Positions 36,946 through 46,359 of a stretch of 64,000 nucleotides of DNA are shown here, piece after piece. The DNA comes from an uncultured delta proteobacterium (lineage in GTDB: Bacteria; Myxococcota_A; Polyangia; Polyangiales; Polyangiaceae). The stretch is from assembly GCA_963806225.1 (NCBI GenBank), contig CAWDXG010000004.1, forward strand, positions 2,272,001-2,336,000, written 5' to 3'. The position numbers and the translations under genes are program-made. Under the pieces are notes generated by a model. The model was not told where the DNA came from. It ran no database searches and worked only from the letters and a program-made list of their open reading frames with translations. How positions within the stretch are numbered: position 1 is the first letter of the stretch; every line of letters starts with the position of its first letter.

Positions 36946-38096
36946 GACCGCTCCTCCACAAGCGCAGCGGAAGCCCGCACGGGAGCCGGGCTCCCGGCGG
37001 GTTCGCGGGCAATGACGTGCGACAGCCTGCGCCTGAGCCGGGCGCACGGCTTCTCGACCAGTACGTAGATCGCGTAGGCGGCCGCCAGCGACGCGGCAAG
37101 TGCGAGCACCGCGCGGGACAGCGAAGGCTCCGTCCCGAGCACTCCCAAGATGACGTGGTGCACGAGGTACAGCGAGTACGACAGCACGCCCACGAAGCTC
37201 ACCGCGCGCAGGTTGAGCAGGCGGAACGGTCCCCAGTCAGGATAGCGCATGGCCGCCACGAACAGCGGGCCGAGCGCGATGCCCTGGAGCGTGTAGCGGA
37301 AGCTCTGGCGGAAGCTGGGGTCGCGGTAGGCGAACGTGAACAGGAGCACGAGCAGGCTCGCCGGCAACAGCTGCCACTTCCAGACCTTCGCAGAAAACCG
37401 CGAGGGACCGTCCATGGCGGGGTTTCCGTAGAGGGCCAGCGCACAGCCGAAGAGGATCGAATCGACGCGGGTATCGCTCGCGAGATAGGTGCGGTTGGAA
37501 TCGGCGTGCAGCGCATAGACGAGGATCACGCGCCAGGCGAGCACGACCCCGCACAGCCCCCACACAACCAGCGCTTGCCGCGTCGTCGGCAGGAAGCGAC
37601 GCAGCAGGAAGTACAGCGCCGGGAACAGCAGGTAGAAGTGCTCCTCGACGGCGAGCGACCAGTACACGCCGGTACCGGACGGCATGCCGACGTATCCGTG
37701 CCCCACGATCCAGTAGTTCGCGTAGTACAGCGCCTGGGCTGCCAGGGCCTGCGGATGTACGCCGCCACTGACAATGCCTGCTGCAGCCGCCACGGCCGCG
37801 GCCACGAGCACTACGTAGAACGGCGGCAGGATGCGGAGCACGCGCCTGAGATAGAACTGCGAGAAGCTGATGGTCCCGCGCGAGTCGTGCTCGAGCCGGA
37901 GCAACGTGGTGATGAGGAATCCGCTCAGGAAGAAGAAGACGGTGACCCCGAAGCCGCCCGGGACAACGTCGTGAAGCCCCGCGTGCGCGACGAAGACCAG
38001 AAGAAACGACATCGCCCGTATCCCATCCAGCGAGGGGACGTGGAACGCGCGACGAGCAGTGGAAGCACCGCCCGGTCTTTCTGGAGAAGAGCTCAC
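36942..38096 (-). CDS. Acyltransferase family 3 (OafA-like), no fused SGNH domain
   Basis: SLDGIRA, GVTVFFFLSGFLIT, FYLRRVLRILPP, WSLAVEEHFY and SYSLYLVH motifs. Confidence 0.93.
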   Translation of the reverse strand: MSSSPERPGGASTARRAFHVPSLDGIRAMSFLLVFVAHAGLHDVVPGGFGVTVFFFLSGFLITTLLRLEHDSRGTISFSQFYLRRVLRILPPFYVVLVAAAVAAAAGIVSGGVHPQALAAQALYYANYWIVGHGYVGMPSGTGVYWSLAVEEHFYLLFPALYFLLRRFLPTTRQALVVWGLCGVVLAWRVILVYALHADSNRTYLASDTRVDSILFGCALALYGNPAMDGPSRFSAKVWKWQLLPASLLVLLFTFAYRDPSFRQSFRYTLQGIALGPLFVAAMRYPDWGPFRLLNLRAVSFVGVLSYSLYLVHHVILGVLGTEPSLSRAVLALAASLAAAYAIYVLVEKPCARLRRRLSHVIAREPAGSPAPVRASAALVEERS

Positions 38097-39604
38097 TTGA
38101 GCCTGTGCCTAGGGAGAAGCCGCAGGTCGACCTCGCCCAGCAGCGGCCCGTCGAGGAGGCGTTCGATCTGGAAGCGCTCGACGAGGCGTCCCCTGCGCAC
38201 ATCGGCCATGACCGCCACCAATGTCCCGGCGCCGATCGCGGCCACGATCGCCGACAACAGGATCAAGGGCACGTTGGGGCTGACCGGCTTGCGAGGGAGC
38301 TCCGGCGCGGTGACCACGTTGTAGCGGTACTTGAATGCTACGCGCGCGGTTTCCAGTGCCATCTGGGCCTGCTGCGCCTTCTCGCGGAGCGCCGCGTACT
38401 TCGCCATGGCGTCCCTGAGCTGCTCGCGGGCGTACGTCGTCGTCGGATCGCGATCCAGACTGGCGTCGAGACCCAGAATGTCGTTCGACAGCTTCGGAGG
38501 TGTGGCGCTTGTGCTCACGGCCACCACGACGTTTCCATTGGACGACTCCGCGCGCTTCGCCAGAGCCAGCTTCTGCCTGTACTGCGAACGCACAGGAGCC
38601 AGCTCGTTCTCGAGCGCGCTCACCTGTGGCGATTTGGCGGACAGCGCCGCAATCGTCTGGCGCGCGTCGACGACGGATGGGTGGTTGTCGGTGTACTGCG
38701 CCTTGAGCTCGGCGAGCTTCGCCTGCGCCCCGGAGAGTCGGCGACGGCGCATGTCCTCGAGGTCGTCGATCACCCGCTGCTTGGCGTCGATCGCCAGCTT
38801 GAGCTGCGCGAGATCGGCCCTCACCCCGGGGTCGGGGCCCGGCGCCGCGCGACGCACGACACGACGTTGTGTCGGAGGGTGAGCCGGGGCCGATGCGCTG
38901 CCGGCCGCCGGCTCTTCCTTGACGGCGCGCATCTTCTCGATCGCGACCACGGCATCGTCCACGTCCGCCTTCTGCTCCTTCGCGTGGCGCCGGATGATGC
39001 CGATCGATTCGACCAGCGCCGTGACTTCCTGCGAGTAGCGCGACAGGAGGTAGTTCTGCTGGGCCTCGTCCACCAGGCGCACCGCCATCCGCGGATCGCT
39101 CCAGTCGAGGGCGATGGTGACCGTCCCGTCGGCGGTCCAGGCGGTGAGCTTCTTCTCGAGCAGGTCGACCATCGCGTCGGTCCGTTCCCGCTCGGTCGGC
39201 GGCGCGCCGAACAGACCGATGACCCAGTCGCGCGCGCGCTGCACCGGCGCCCTATGCTCGGCGTAGTGTTTCGCCAGATGGGTCGCGCGCACGATCCGGG
39301 CGAGGTTCTCGCGGCCCCGGATCGTCTCGATAGCTCCCTGCGTCGACGCGCCGGGGTCCTGCGCCTCACCCGCCACAGCCAGCGCCGGGTTCTGCTGGGC
39401 GAGCACCTTGGCTTCGACGTGGTACTTGCGCGGCAACGAGTACACCGCGGCCACCGCGAGGCCCACGATCCCGACGAACACCGCGAGGGCAAGCTTGCGA
39501 TGCCGCCGCAGGGCGCCCCGCGTGAAGCTCGCGTAGTCCCGAATCTTCTGGCGGTCGAAGAGCTCCTCGCTGCCCATTTGCCGCTCGGCGTCCGGATCGT
39601 GCAT
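38093..39604 (-). CDS. wzc: Polysaccharide co-polymerase (Wzc/GumC-like) without kinase domain
   Basis: N-terminal TM, coiled coil, YTDNHPSV, PELPRKPVSPN plus second TM. Confidence 0.88.
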   Translation of the reverse strand: MHDPDAERQMGSEELFDRQKIRDYASFTRGALRRHRKLALAVFVGIVGLAVAAVYSLPRKYHVEAKVLAQQNPALAVAGEAQDPGASTQGAIETIRGRENLARIVRATHLAKHYAEHRAPVQRARDWVIGLFGAPPTERERTDAMVDLLEKKLTAWTADGTVTIALDWSDPRMAVRLVDEAQQNYLLSRYSQEVTALVESIGIIRRHAKEQKADVDDAVVAIEKMRAVKEEPAAGSASAPAHPPTQRRVVRRAAPGPDPGVRADLAQLKLAIDAKQRVIDDLEDMRRRRLSGAQAKLAELKAQYTDNHPSVVDARQTIAALSAKSPQVSALENELAPVRSQYRQKLALAKRAESSNGNVVVAVSTSATPPKLSNDILGLDASLDRDPTTTYAREQLRDAMAKYAALREKAQQAQMALETARVAFKYRYNVVTAPELPRKPVSPNVPLILLSAIVAAIGAGTLVAVMADVRRGRLVERFQIERLLDGPLLGEVDLRLLPRHRLK

Positions 39605-39945
39605 TCTTCCCCCGCGGAGGAGCGCTGCAAGCTCCGAGCCAGGCGTTCCGCCCACCGCGCCGCTCGATCGAGCATTCCGCCCCGGGCACCCGGGCCGCAA
39701 CGCGCGGTCTTTTGCCCCACTCGCGCAAGCTCGTTCGGAATTTGCGAATCACCTCGGTGCCCTGCCAAGTCGCCTCTGCGGCATGCCACCGACATGCGCG
39801 CAGAACGTTCGCACCTGGCGGGCGCCCCATGGACCTGCGCCCGGGCCGGCCGAGCCCGCGGAGGTATGGAACTCACCTACATTGTGCCCCCACCCGCGGC
39901 GTGAGGGACGACCGCACGCGGGTGTGCCGGGGCGTTCCCGGGCGT

Positions 39946-39962
39946 CCGGCACGATCACTGCA
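39946..39962 (+). promoter_or_regulatory. Putative sigma54 promoter
   Basis: CCGGCACGATCACTGCA (GG-N10-GC), 30 bp upstream of ATG 39992. Confidence 0.62.
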
Positions 39963-39991
39963 CAACGCTTGTGCGAGGGAGGATTTGCCAG

Positions 39992-40582
39992 ATGCCGAAC
40001 GCACAGTATGTCGAAAGCGGTCAAGCTCGACGCGTCGACATGGCGCGCGTCCATGAGCGCTGGGTCTCGACAGCAAGCCTGGTAAACCAGCAGATCCTTG
40101 CGCTGCACAAGCTGTCGCTCACGGTCGGCGGTGCGGCCGAGAAGACGTTCTTGAGTGAATGCGTGGCGAGCATCGAAGACGTCAACGACGCCATCCACGA
40201 GCTCCACGTGGCGGCCATCGACCCGCGCGTGCGCTCGTGGCTCACGCCCGATTCTCCGCTCAGCTCCTACGTCTCGGCCGCGTACTCCTGGTGCGTGAAT
40301 GTGCTGGCGTCACTGGCCGAGCTGACGTCGCTCGGCGACGGAACGCTGCGGGACGCCGGCGAACGCGTGCTGGCACACCGTTCATCCGAGTATGTGAAGA
40401 GCAGGCTCGAACCACTGTTCGAGCGCCTGGGCGACGTTTGCCAACCCGTTCGCACCCCGGAGCATCCGCTCGCCTGGATCTACGACCGCGCCCGGCATGT
40501 CGAGTCGGAGATCGCTTGCCTGGACTGGGAGCTCCGGACCGACGAGGCGGAAGAGGACCGAGAGGACGCGGCACCGGCGTAG
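39992..40582 (+). CDS. Hypothetical alpha-helical protein
   Basis: GGAGG RBS, high-GC3 codon usage, no recognised motif. Confidence 0.7.
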   Translation: MPNAQYVESGQARRVDMARVHERWVSTASLVNQQILALHKLSLTVGGAAEKTFLSECVASIEDVNDAIHELHVAAIDPRVRSWLTPDSPLSSYVSAAYSWCVNVLASLAELTSLGDGTLRDAGERVLAHRSSEYVKSRLEPLFERLGDVCQPVRTPEHPLAWIYDRARHVESEIACLDWELRTDEAEEDREDAAPA

Positions 40583-40600
40583 CAACTCGGGAGCGACCCC

Positions 40601-42007
40601 CATCGCCGATCGCTTAAGCACCGCACGCCCCGAGTTTCAGCGCGATGCGCGGTCGCGAGCGTGACGGTCTGACCTCTCGGGCCATGCTGACGAGCGCTGT
40701 ACCGATCGCTGTAAATGCGCGTTCGCGAACCTCCCTGCTCGAGGACACGAGCGCATCGAGGAGGTCGCGCGCGTACGCGCGAACCACGTGCAAGGACGCG
40801 AGCGGTCGGAGCTGTTCGAGCGGGATCTCGTTGGCGAGGGCGGCCTGGATCCTCACGGACCGTCACGAGCACGTGGGCGAACATCGCGCCATAGGTGAGC
40901 GCTTCGATGGCGTGGCGGTCGGCCGTAAAGGAGCGCCCGAGGTCCGTGCTCTGCTTGATCTCGCGGAACAAGAGCTCGATGAGCCAGCGCAGGCGATAGC
41001 CCTGGATCACCTGCCGTGCGCTCAGCACGTGGCGAGGCACGGTCGTCAGGTACCAGCGGATGTCTTTGGACGTGTGCGCGTAGCCGACCAGGCGCAAGCC
41101 AATCAGCTCCTTGCCCTTGCCCCAGGTCACGTCGAGGTCAAACACCGTGCCGCGACGGCGCGAAACACTCTGCAGGTAGTAGGCGAGCGCCCATCCCGGC
41201 AACGGTTTCATGCCGCTCTTGGTGAGCACGCGCGCGACGCGGACCTTCGCGGTGCTCTTGAGCCATGAGCACGTGCGCGCCGCCTTCCTGGGCTGGAGGG
41301 AACAACGCGCGCTCGAAGAAGCCCAGGTCGAACAGGTACAGCACACCGCGCGTGAAGCCCGGTACGAGCTTCTTCCACAGCGGCGTCTCCGATGCAGTTT
41401 CCGCGTCGCAGATTCCATGCTCCAGCAACCCGGTCTTCAGGCTGTAGCCCATGACCCACTTCGTACCGGCCTTGCCTTTCGTGCAGCCCGGCAGACTTGG
41501 CGCGCCCACGTGGCGGAACGCGCTGCCGGTGCCGTCGTAGACGCGCACATCGTCGAAGCGACCGAGCGGGCCGTCGAGCGTCAGACCGGCAGCGACGACC
41601 ACGGAAGCGACCAGACGCTCCAGCGCGGCGCGAAAGAACGCTGCTGCCGAGGCCTGCTTGAAGCGCTTCTGGAACGGGCAGGGCCGCATGAACCCGAACC
41701 GCCGCACGAAGATCGCCCGCAGCGACGTGAACGTCAGCGTCTGCCCCACCAGAAAGGCTTCGACGACGGTGATCATCAACCGGAAGGCGGTGCCGACGCG
41801 CTGGCGCGGGTTGTAGCCGGTCTGCGCGCGAAGCTCGTCCACCACGGCGGGCGTGAACGCACGATGCAACGCTCGCTCCACGGCTTCGGCCTCTGCGCGC
41901 TCTGCTGGACGGGACGCGCGCTCGGGTAGCTCTCTTCTTCATACTCACCCAACGCAGAGCGGCCCGTCCAGCATTCCGCTAGGTTACGCGCAAAGGATCT
42001 GGGCATG
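40601..42007 (-). mobile_element. IS4-family (IS231-like) insertion sequence, 1407 bp
   Basis: Ends CATCGCCGATCGCTTAAG and CATGCCCAGATCCTTTG (imperfect IR); 10-bp direct repeat GAGCGACCCC at 40591-40600 and 42008-42017. Confidence 0.9.
40614..41948 (-). pseudogene. IS4-family DDE transposase, multiply frameshifted
   Basis: VYDGT, LFDLGF and YRLRWLIELLFREIK (Y-2-R-3-E-6-K) split across at least three frames. Confidence 0.88.
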
Positions 42008-42017
42008 GAGCGACCCC

Positions 42018-42497
42018 TCAGCGTTCCCGCCACGCCATCAGGTTCCTGAGCATCCAGGCGGTCTTGTCGTGGATCTGCATCCGCTGCAGCATCAGCTCGC
42101 AGGTCTGCTCGTCCTGCTCCTTGGCAGCAAGCTTGAAGACGGCGCGTGCAGTGCGGGCAACCGTCTCGTGTCCGTCCGCCAGGAGCTGGAGCATGCGATC
42201 CTGGTCCGGCAGCCCTGTGCCGTCCCAGATGCTCGAGAGAACGGCGAGGTTGTCGTGCGCCCTTGGCGTCGGGAATCCGAGCGACCGGATGCGGCTCGCG
42301 ATGGCCTCGACGGCAGGACGCACCTCTCCGTACTGCTCGAGGAAGATCAGGTCCAGCGTCTGGAGCGTCGGTCCCTCGATGTGCCAGTGGAACCTGTGGG
42401 TCCGGTGGTAGAGGCTGAAGGTATCGGACAGGATCTTCGCCAGACCGGCCGCGATCTCCTCGCGATATCCCTGACTGGTGATGGTGCCGATGTCCAT
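42018..42497 (-). CDS. dps: Dps family ferritin-like protein (degenerate ferroxidase site)
   Basis: THRFHWHIEGP, EQY, RIRSLG and HDKTAWML motifs. Confidence 0.85.
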   Translation of the reverse strand: MDIGTITSQGYREEIAAGLAKILSDTFSLYHRTHRFHWHIEGPTLQTLDLIFLEQYGEVRPAVEAIASRIRSLGFPTPRAHDNLAVLSSIWDGTGLPDQDRMLQLLADGHETVARTARAVFKLAAKEQDEQTCELMLQRMQIHDKTAWMLRNLMAWRER

Positions 42498-42643
42498 GTC
42501 TCGCCTGACCCTTTCGCTCCACCGCGCGCCTACTGGTCCGCCGCCAGGTTCGCGAGGCGACGACCGCTGCACGTTTCAACAACTTCACGCAACGTCGAGA
42601 TTCCGCGGAGCACCCGCTGCATCGCTCTCCTGGTTCCTGCACT

Positions 42644-42660
42644 TGCACCGATCATGCCGG
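42644..42660 (-). promoter_or_regulatory. Putative sigma54 promoter for dps
   Basis: CCGGCATGATCGGTGCA on the - strand (GG-N10-GC). Confidence 0.5.
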
Positions 42661-42867
42661 CACCGGTGCGCTCGACGGGGATTGTGATACAGCGCGCGCA
42701 ACAGGGCGGTTTGTGCCGCCGGATTCGCATCGTGCGAAGCAGCGGCGACTTTTTCGCCAATCCGGAAACGAATCGCCAACGCCCCGATCGGCGCTAGCGC
42801 ACCGGTTCCGGCGCCGCGTCAGCGCCGGACTCACGGCGAGACGTTGCACGGCAGACATCGCTGTTCG

Positions 42868-42884
42868 CTGGCACACGCGATGCA
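42868..42884 (+). promoter_or_regulatory. Putative sigma54 promoter for the PilZ-GH44 operon
   Basis: CTGGCACACGCGATGCA (GG-N10-GC), 24 bp upstream of ATG 42908. Confidence 0.68.
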
Positions 42885-42907
42885 CCTATGGACGAGCGAG
42901 GAGTCCA

Positions 42908-43243
42908 ATGGAACCACAGGAACGGCGTCTGGCAATGCGCGCGCAAATCGACTTCCCCGTGATCCAGCACGTGGACGGCTTCGGGCATGCGTGCCGGGGC
43001 ATCGATATCTCGTCCCGGGGCCTGGTGGTCCGGCGTCCAGCGCGTCTGCTCGAACGGGATCCCAGGCTCCTGTACTCGCTCGAGCTCCGCATCGGCGACC
43101 GTTCGATCCGCACGCTGGCACGCACCGTCTGGACCGAGGGACCGCTCCAGGCGATGCGCTACGTCGGAATGAGCGACGCCGATCGGCTCGAGATCGCCGA
43201 GGAGCTCGATCGGGCGCGCCGGGGGGGCGCGGTCCTTCACTAG
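42908..43243 (+). CDS. PilZ domain protein
   Basis: RLAMR (RxxxR) and DISSRG motifs, ARTVW; AGGAG RBS. Confidence 0.85.
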   Translation: MEPQERRLAMRAQIDFPVIQHVDGFGHACRGIDISSRGLVVRRPARLLERDPRLLYSLELRIGDRSIRTLARTVWTEGPLQAMRYVGMSDADRLEIAEELDRARRGGAVLH

Positions 43244-43259
43244 CAGAAGCGAGGAACCC

Positions 43260-44867
43260 ATGGGTGTGAAGTCATCTGGCCTGGTGATGCTTGTCGCGGC
43301 GCTCGGCGTCGCATGTGGTTCGGGAAAGAGCACGCCCGCGACCGGGAGCGCTGGAGGCGGAGGCACCGACGGCGGGGCAGTGGTGGCGCTGGAGCTCACG
43401 GTGTCCCCGGACGAGGCACGGCACGCGGTGTCACCGCTCATCTACGGGGTCAACGGCACGAGCTCGGCGTCGAGCATGAAGGCGACGCTGATACGCTTCG
43501 GAGGTCACGGCAGCCCGGCCTACAACTGGGAGATCAATGCCACCAACCTCGGCCGGCTCGGCGGATACGAGAACCGTCCTGCCAGCGGGAGCAGCGCGCC
43601 AGGCGGAGCGGCCAAGGCCGTGCTCGACGAGGCCGCGAAGAACCAGGCGACCGGGGTCCTCACGGTACCGATCGGCGACTACGTTGCGGCCGACAAAAAA
43701 GCGGGCGACGTACGGGCGTCCGGCACGAGCTATCTGAAACAACGCTTCGACGCGAACAAGGCGACCAAGGGTACGGAGCTATCCGGGACGCCGGACCTGG
43801 CCGACGGCGCCGTCTACCAGGACGAGTTTGCGAGCTGGGCCAAGGCGGCAGCGGGCAGCACGCCGGTGCTGTTCGCCCTCGACAACGAACCAGCGCTCTG
43901 GTTCGAGGATCACCCCGAGATCCATCCGCAGCCGACCGGCTACGACGAGCTGGTACAGCGCGACACGTCGATGGCGAAGGCCATCAAGGCCGCCTGGCCC
44001 GGCGTGCCGATCCTCGGCTACGTCGGCTACGGCTGGCAGAGCTTCATGGATCTCCAGCAGTCACCCGATGCGAAGTCGAAGGGCGAGTTCTTGAGCTACT
44101 ACCTCGACAAGATGAAAGCGGCCGAGGCTGCCAACGGCGAGCGGCTGCTGGACTACCTGGACGTGCACTGGTGGCCGGAAGCAGAGGCCGCCGGGGTGAG
44201 AGTCATCGAAACGGGCGCGGTGCCGGAAGTGGCGGCGGCACGGCTACAGGCTCCCCGTGATCTGTGGGATCCAGACTACCAGGAGAACAGCTGGATCCAG
44301 AACGAGCTGGGCCAGGAGTCCATCCACATGATCCCGCGACTGAAGAGCGAGATCGCCACGCACTACCCCGGCACCAAGCTCTCGATCAGCGCGTGGTACT
44401 ACGGCGGCGGGGACGAAATCAGCGGAGCGATTGCCACAGCCGACGTGCTGGGGATCTTCGGGCGCGAAGGCGTGGATGCCGCGGCCATCGAGCTCTCGGG
44501 CGGCGACGACTCCTTCACGCTAGCCGCCTTCTCGGCGTACCTGGACTACGACGGCCACGGGGCACGCTTTGGCGACACGTCGGTCAGCGCAACCACCAAC
44601 GACCGCGTCGGCTCGTCGATCTACGCGAGCACGCAATCGTCCGACAACGCACGCCTGGTGATCATCGCGTTGAACAAGCTCGCCCAGCCGCGCCCGGCGA
44701 CGCTGACCATCGACAGCACGACGACCTACAAGTCCTGCCTCGTGTACACGCTGACGCAGGCCAAAGCGAACATGGCGCCGCACACGCGGCTCCTCTCGAA
44801 GAGCGGCAACTCGTTCGGATACGAGCTGCCAGCCCTGTCCGTGTCGGTGCTCGTGCCGCGGCCGTGA
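43260..44867 (+). CDS. GH44-like lipoprotein lacking the catalytic nucleophile
   Basis: GVAC lipobox; VSPLIYGVN, YNWE, DNEP, DVHWWPE and LWDPDY motifs, but SISAWYYGG where IxEYN is expected. Confidence 0.87.
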   Translation: MGVKSSGLVMLVAALGVACGSGKSTPATGSAGGGGTDGGAVVALELTVSPDEARHAVSPLIYGVNGTSSASSMKATLIRFGGHGSPAYNWEINATNLGRLGGYENRPASGSSAPGGAAKAVLDEAAKNQATGVLTVPIGDYVAADKKAGDVRASGTSYLKQRFDANKATKGTELSGTPDLADGAVYQDEFASWAKAAAGSTPVLFALDNEPALWFEDHPEIHPQPTGYDELVQRDTSMAKAIKAAWPGVPILGYVGYGWQSFMDLQQSPDAKSKGEFLSYYLDKMKAAEAANGERLLDYLDVHWWPEAEAAGVRVIETGAVPEVAAARLQAPRDLWDPDYQENSWIQNELGQESIHMIPRLKSEIATHYPGTKLSISAWYYGGGDEISGAIATADVLGIFGREGVDAAAIELSGGDDSFTLAAFSAYLDYDGHGARFGDTSVSATTNDRVGSSIYASTQSSDNARLVIIALNKLAQPRPATLTIDSTTTYKSCLVYTLTQAKANMAPHTRLLSKSGNSFGYELPALSVSVLVPRP

Positions 44868-44994
44868 ACCGTCTGTCCGCCCCGCGGGAAGAAAAAGAAG
44901 ACGAAAAGTTTGCGCCGCTACTTTCGCGCATTGCTAGCCGACACAGGTTATCTGCCAAGCTGGGAAGCCAGTTCTTCTTGGGGGGTGCCTGGCA

Positions 44995-46359
44995 ATGCAC
45001 AACGTCCGCGTCCTGATCGTGGAAGACGGGTTCAGTGCCGCTCATGCGCTGGCCGCAAGCCTGGCCCGCGACGGCTACGCCTATGAGCTGGTCGGCGGCA
45101 GCAGGGGGGCGCTGGAAACGATCAAGCGAGTGCCGTGCGATGTCATCGTCTGCCCGGTGCGGGCGAACGGCATGAACCGTTTCGAGCTGCTCGACCGCCT
45201 GAAGAGGACCCACCCCGAGGTGCAGGCCATCGTGGCCGGACAGCAGGGAACGATCGAGGAGGCCGTCGACGCCACGAAGCACGGCGCCTTCCACTACGTG
45301 GCCGAGCCCTTTGACCCTGGGGAGCTGCGTACGCTGGTCGTCCGGGCCATCGATGCGCAACATGCTCCGCCGCGCTTTTCCCACGGCGCACACGAAGCCC
45401 TCGAGGACCTGCCGGAGATCGTACAGGAGAGCCCGGCCATGCGTGCGCTCGGCGAAACGATCTCGCTGATCGCCGCGTCCACCGCCCCCGTACTCGTTCT
45501 GGGCGAGAGCGGGACCGGCAAGGAACGGGTGGCCCGTGCCATCCACGCACGCAGCGCGCGCCACGGGCGCCCCTTCGTGGCGCTCAACACGTCCGCCATC
45601 CCCGAACAGCTCCTGGAGAGCGAGCTGTTCGGCCATGTGCGGGGCGCGTTCACCGGCGCCACGCAGGCGCGCAAGGGGCTGCTCGCCGAAGCCGAGGGCG
45701 GGACGCTTCTGCTCGACGAGATCGGGGACATGCCGCTGGGCCTGCAGGCGAAGTTCCTCAGGGTGCTCTCGTTCAACGAGGCGCGCCCGGTCGGCAGCGA
45801 CCGCACGCGCCACGTCGACGTGCGGGTCATCGCAGCCACCCATCACGATCTGGACGCGCTCGTGAGAGAGGGGCGCTTCCGCGAGGATCTGCACTATCGG
45901 CTGAACGTGCTGCCGCTGGTGGTGCCGCCGCTGCGCGAGCGGCGCGAGGATGTGCGTCCGCTGGTGCGGGACTTCCTGGAAAACGCCCTGAGGCGGACTC
46001 CGCGCTCGCCGGTCGAGTCGATCAGCGACGCCGCGCTCGGCAAGCTTGAGCAGGCGCCCTGGCCGGGCAACGTACGCGAGCTGGAAAGCGCGATCGAACG
46101 GCTGGTTGTGCTGGGACGGAGCGCAACGGTCACGGAAGACGACCTGGCGTTCCTCGACGCTCCGGAGCCGCTTTCCAGAGCCGGATGGAAGAGCGCAACC
46201 GAGGAGCTGTGGACCCTGAAAGAGGTCAACGCCTGCTACGTCGCGTGGGTCCTGGCGCGAACAGGCGGCAACAAGGCGAAGGCCGCCGAGATCCTCGGCG
46301 TGGATCTTTCCACGCTCTACCGCTGGCAGCGCAGCTCGCGCATGCCCAAGGACAGCTGA
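44995..46359 (+). CDS. Sigma54-dependent enhancer-binding protein, paralog of 20278..21690
   Basis: GESGTGKE, GAFTGA, WPGNVRELE and HTH GGNKAKAAEILGVDLSTLYRW. Confidence 0.93.
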   Translation: MHNVRVLIVEDGFSAAHALAASLARDGYAYELVGGSRGALETIKRVPCDVIVCPVRANGMNRFELLDRLKRTHPEVQAIVAGQQGTIEEAVDATKHGAFHYVAEPFDPGELRTLVVRAIDAQHAPPRFSHGAHEALEDLPEIVQESPAMRALGETISLIAASTAPVLVLGESGTGKERVARAIHARSARHGRPFVALNTSAIPEQLLESELFGHVRGAFTGATQARKGLLAEAEGGTLLLDEIGDMPLGLQAKFLRVLSFNEARPVGSDRTRHVDVRVIAATHHDLDALVREGRFREDLHYRLNVLPLVVPPLRERREDVRPLVRDFLENALRRTPRSPVESISDAALGKLEQAPWPGNVRELESAIERLVVLGRSATVTEDDLAFLDAPEPLSRAGWKSATEELWTLKEVNACYVAWVLARTGGNKAKAAEILGVDLSTLYRWQRSSRMPKDS

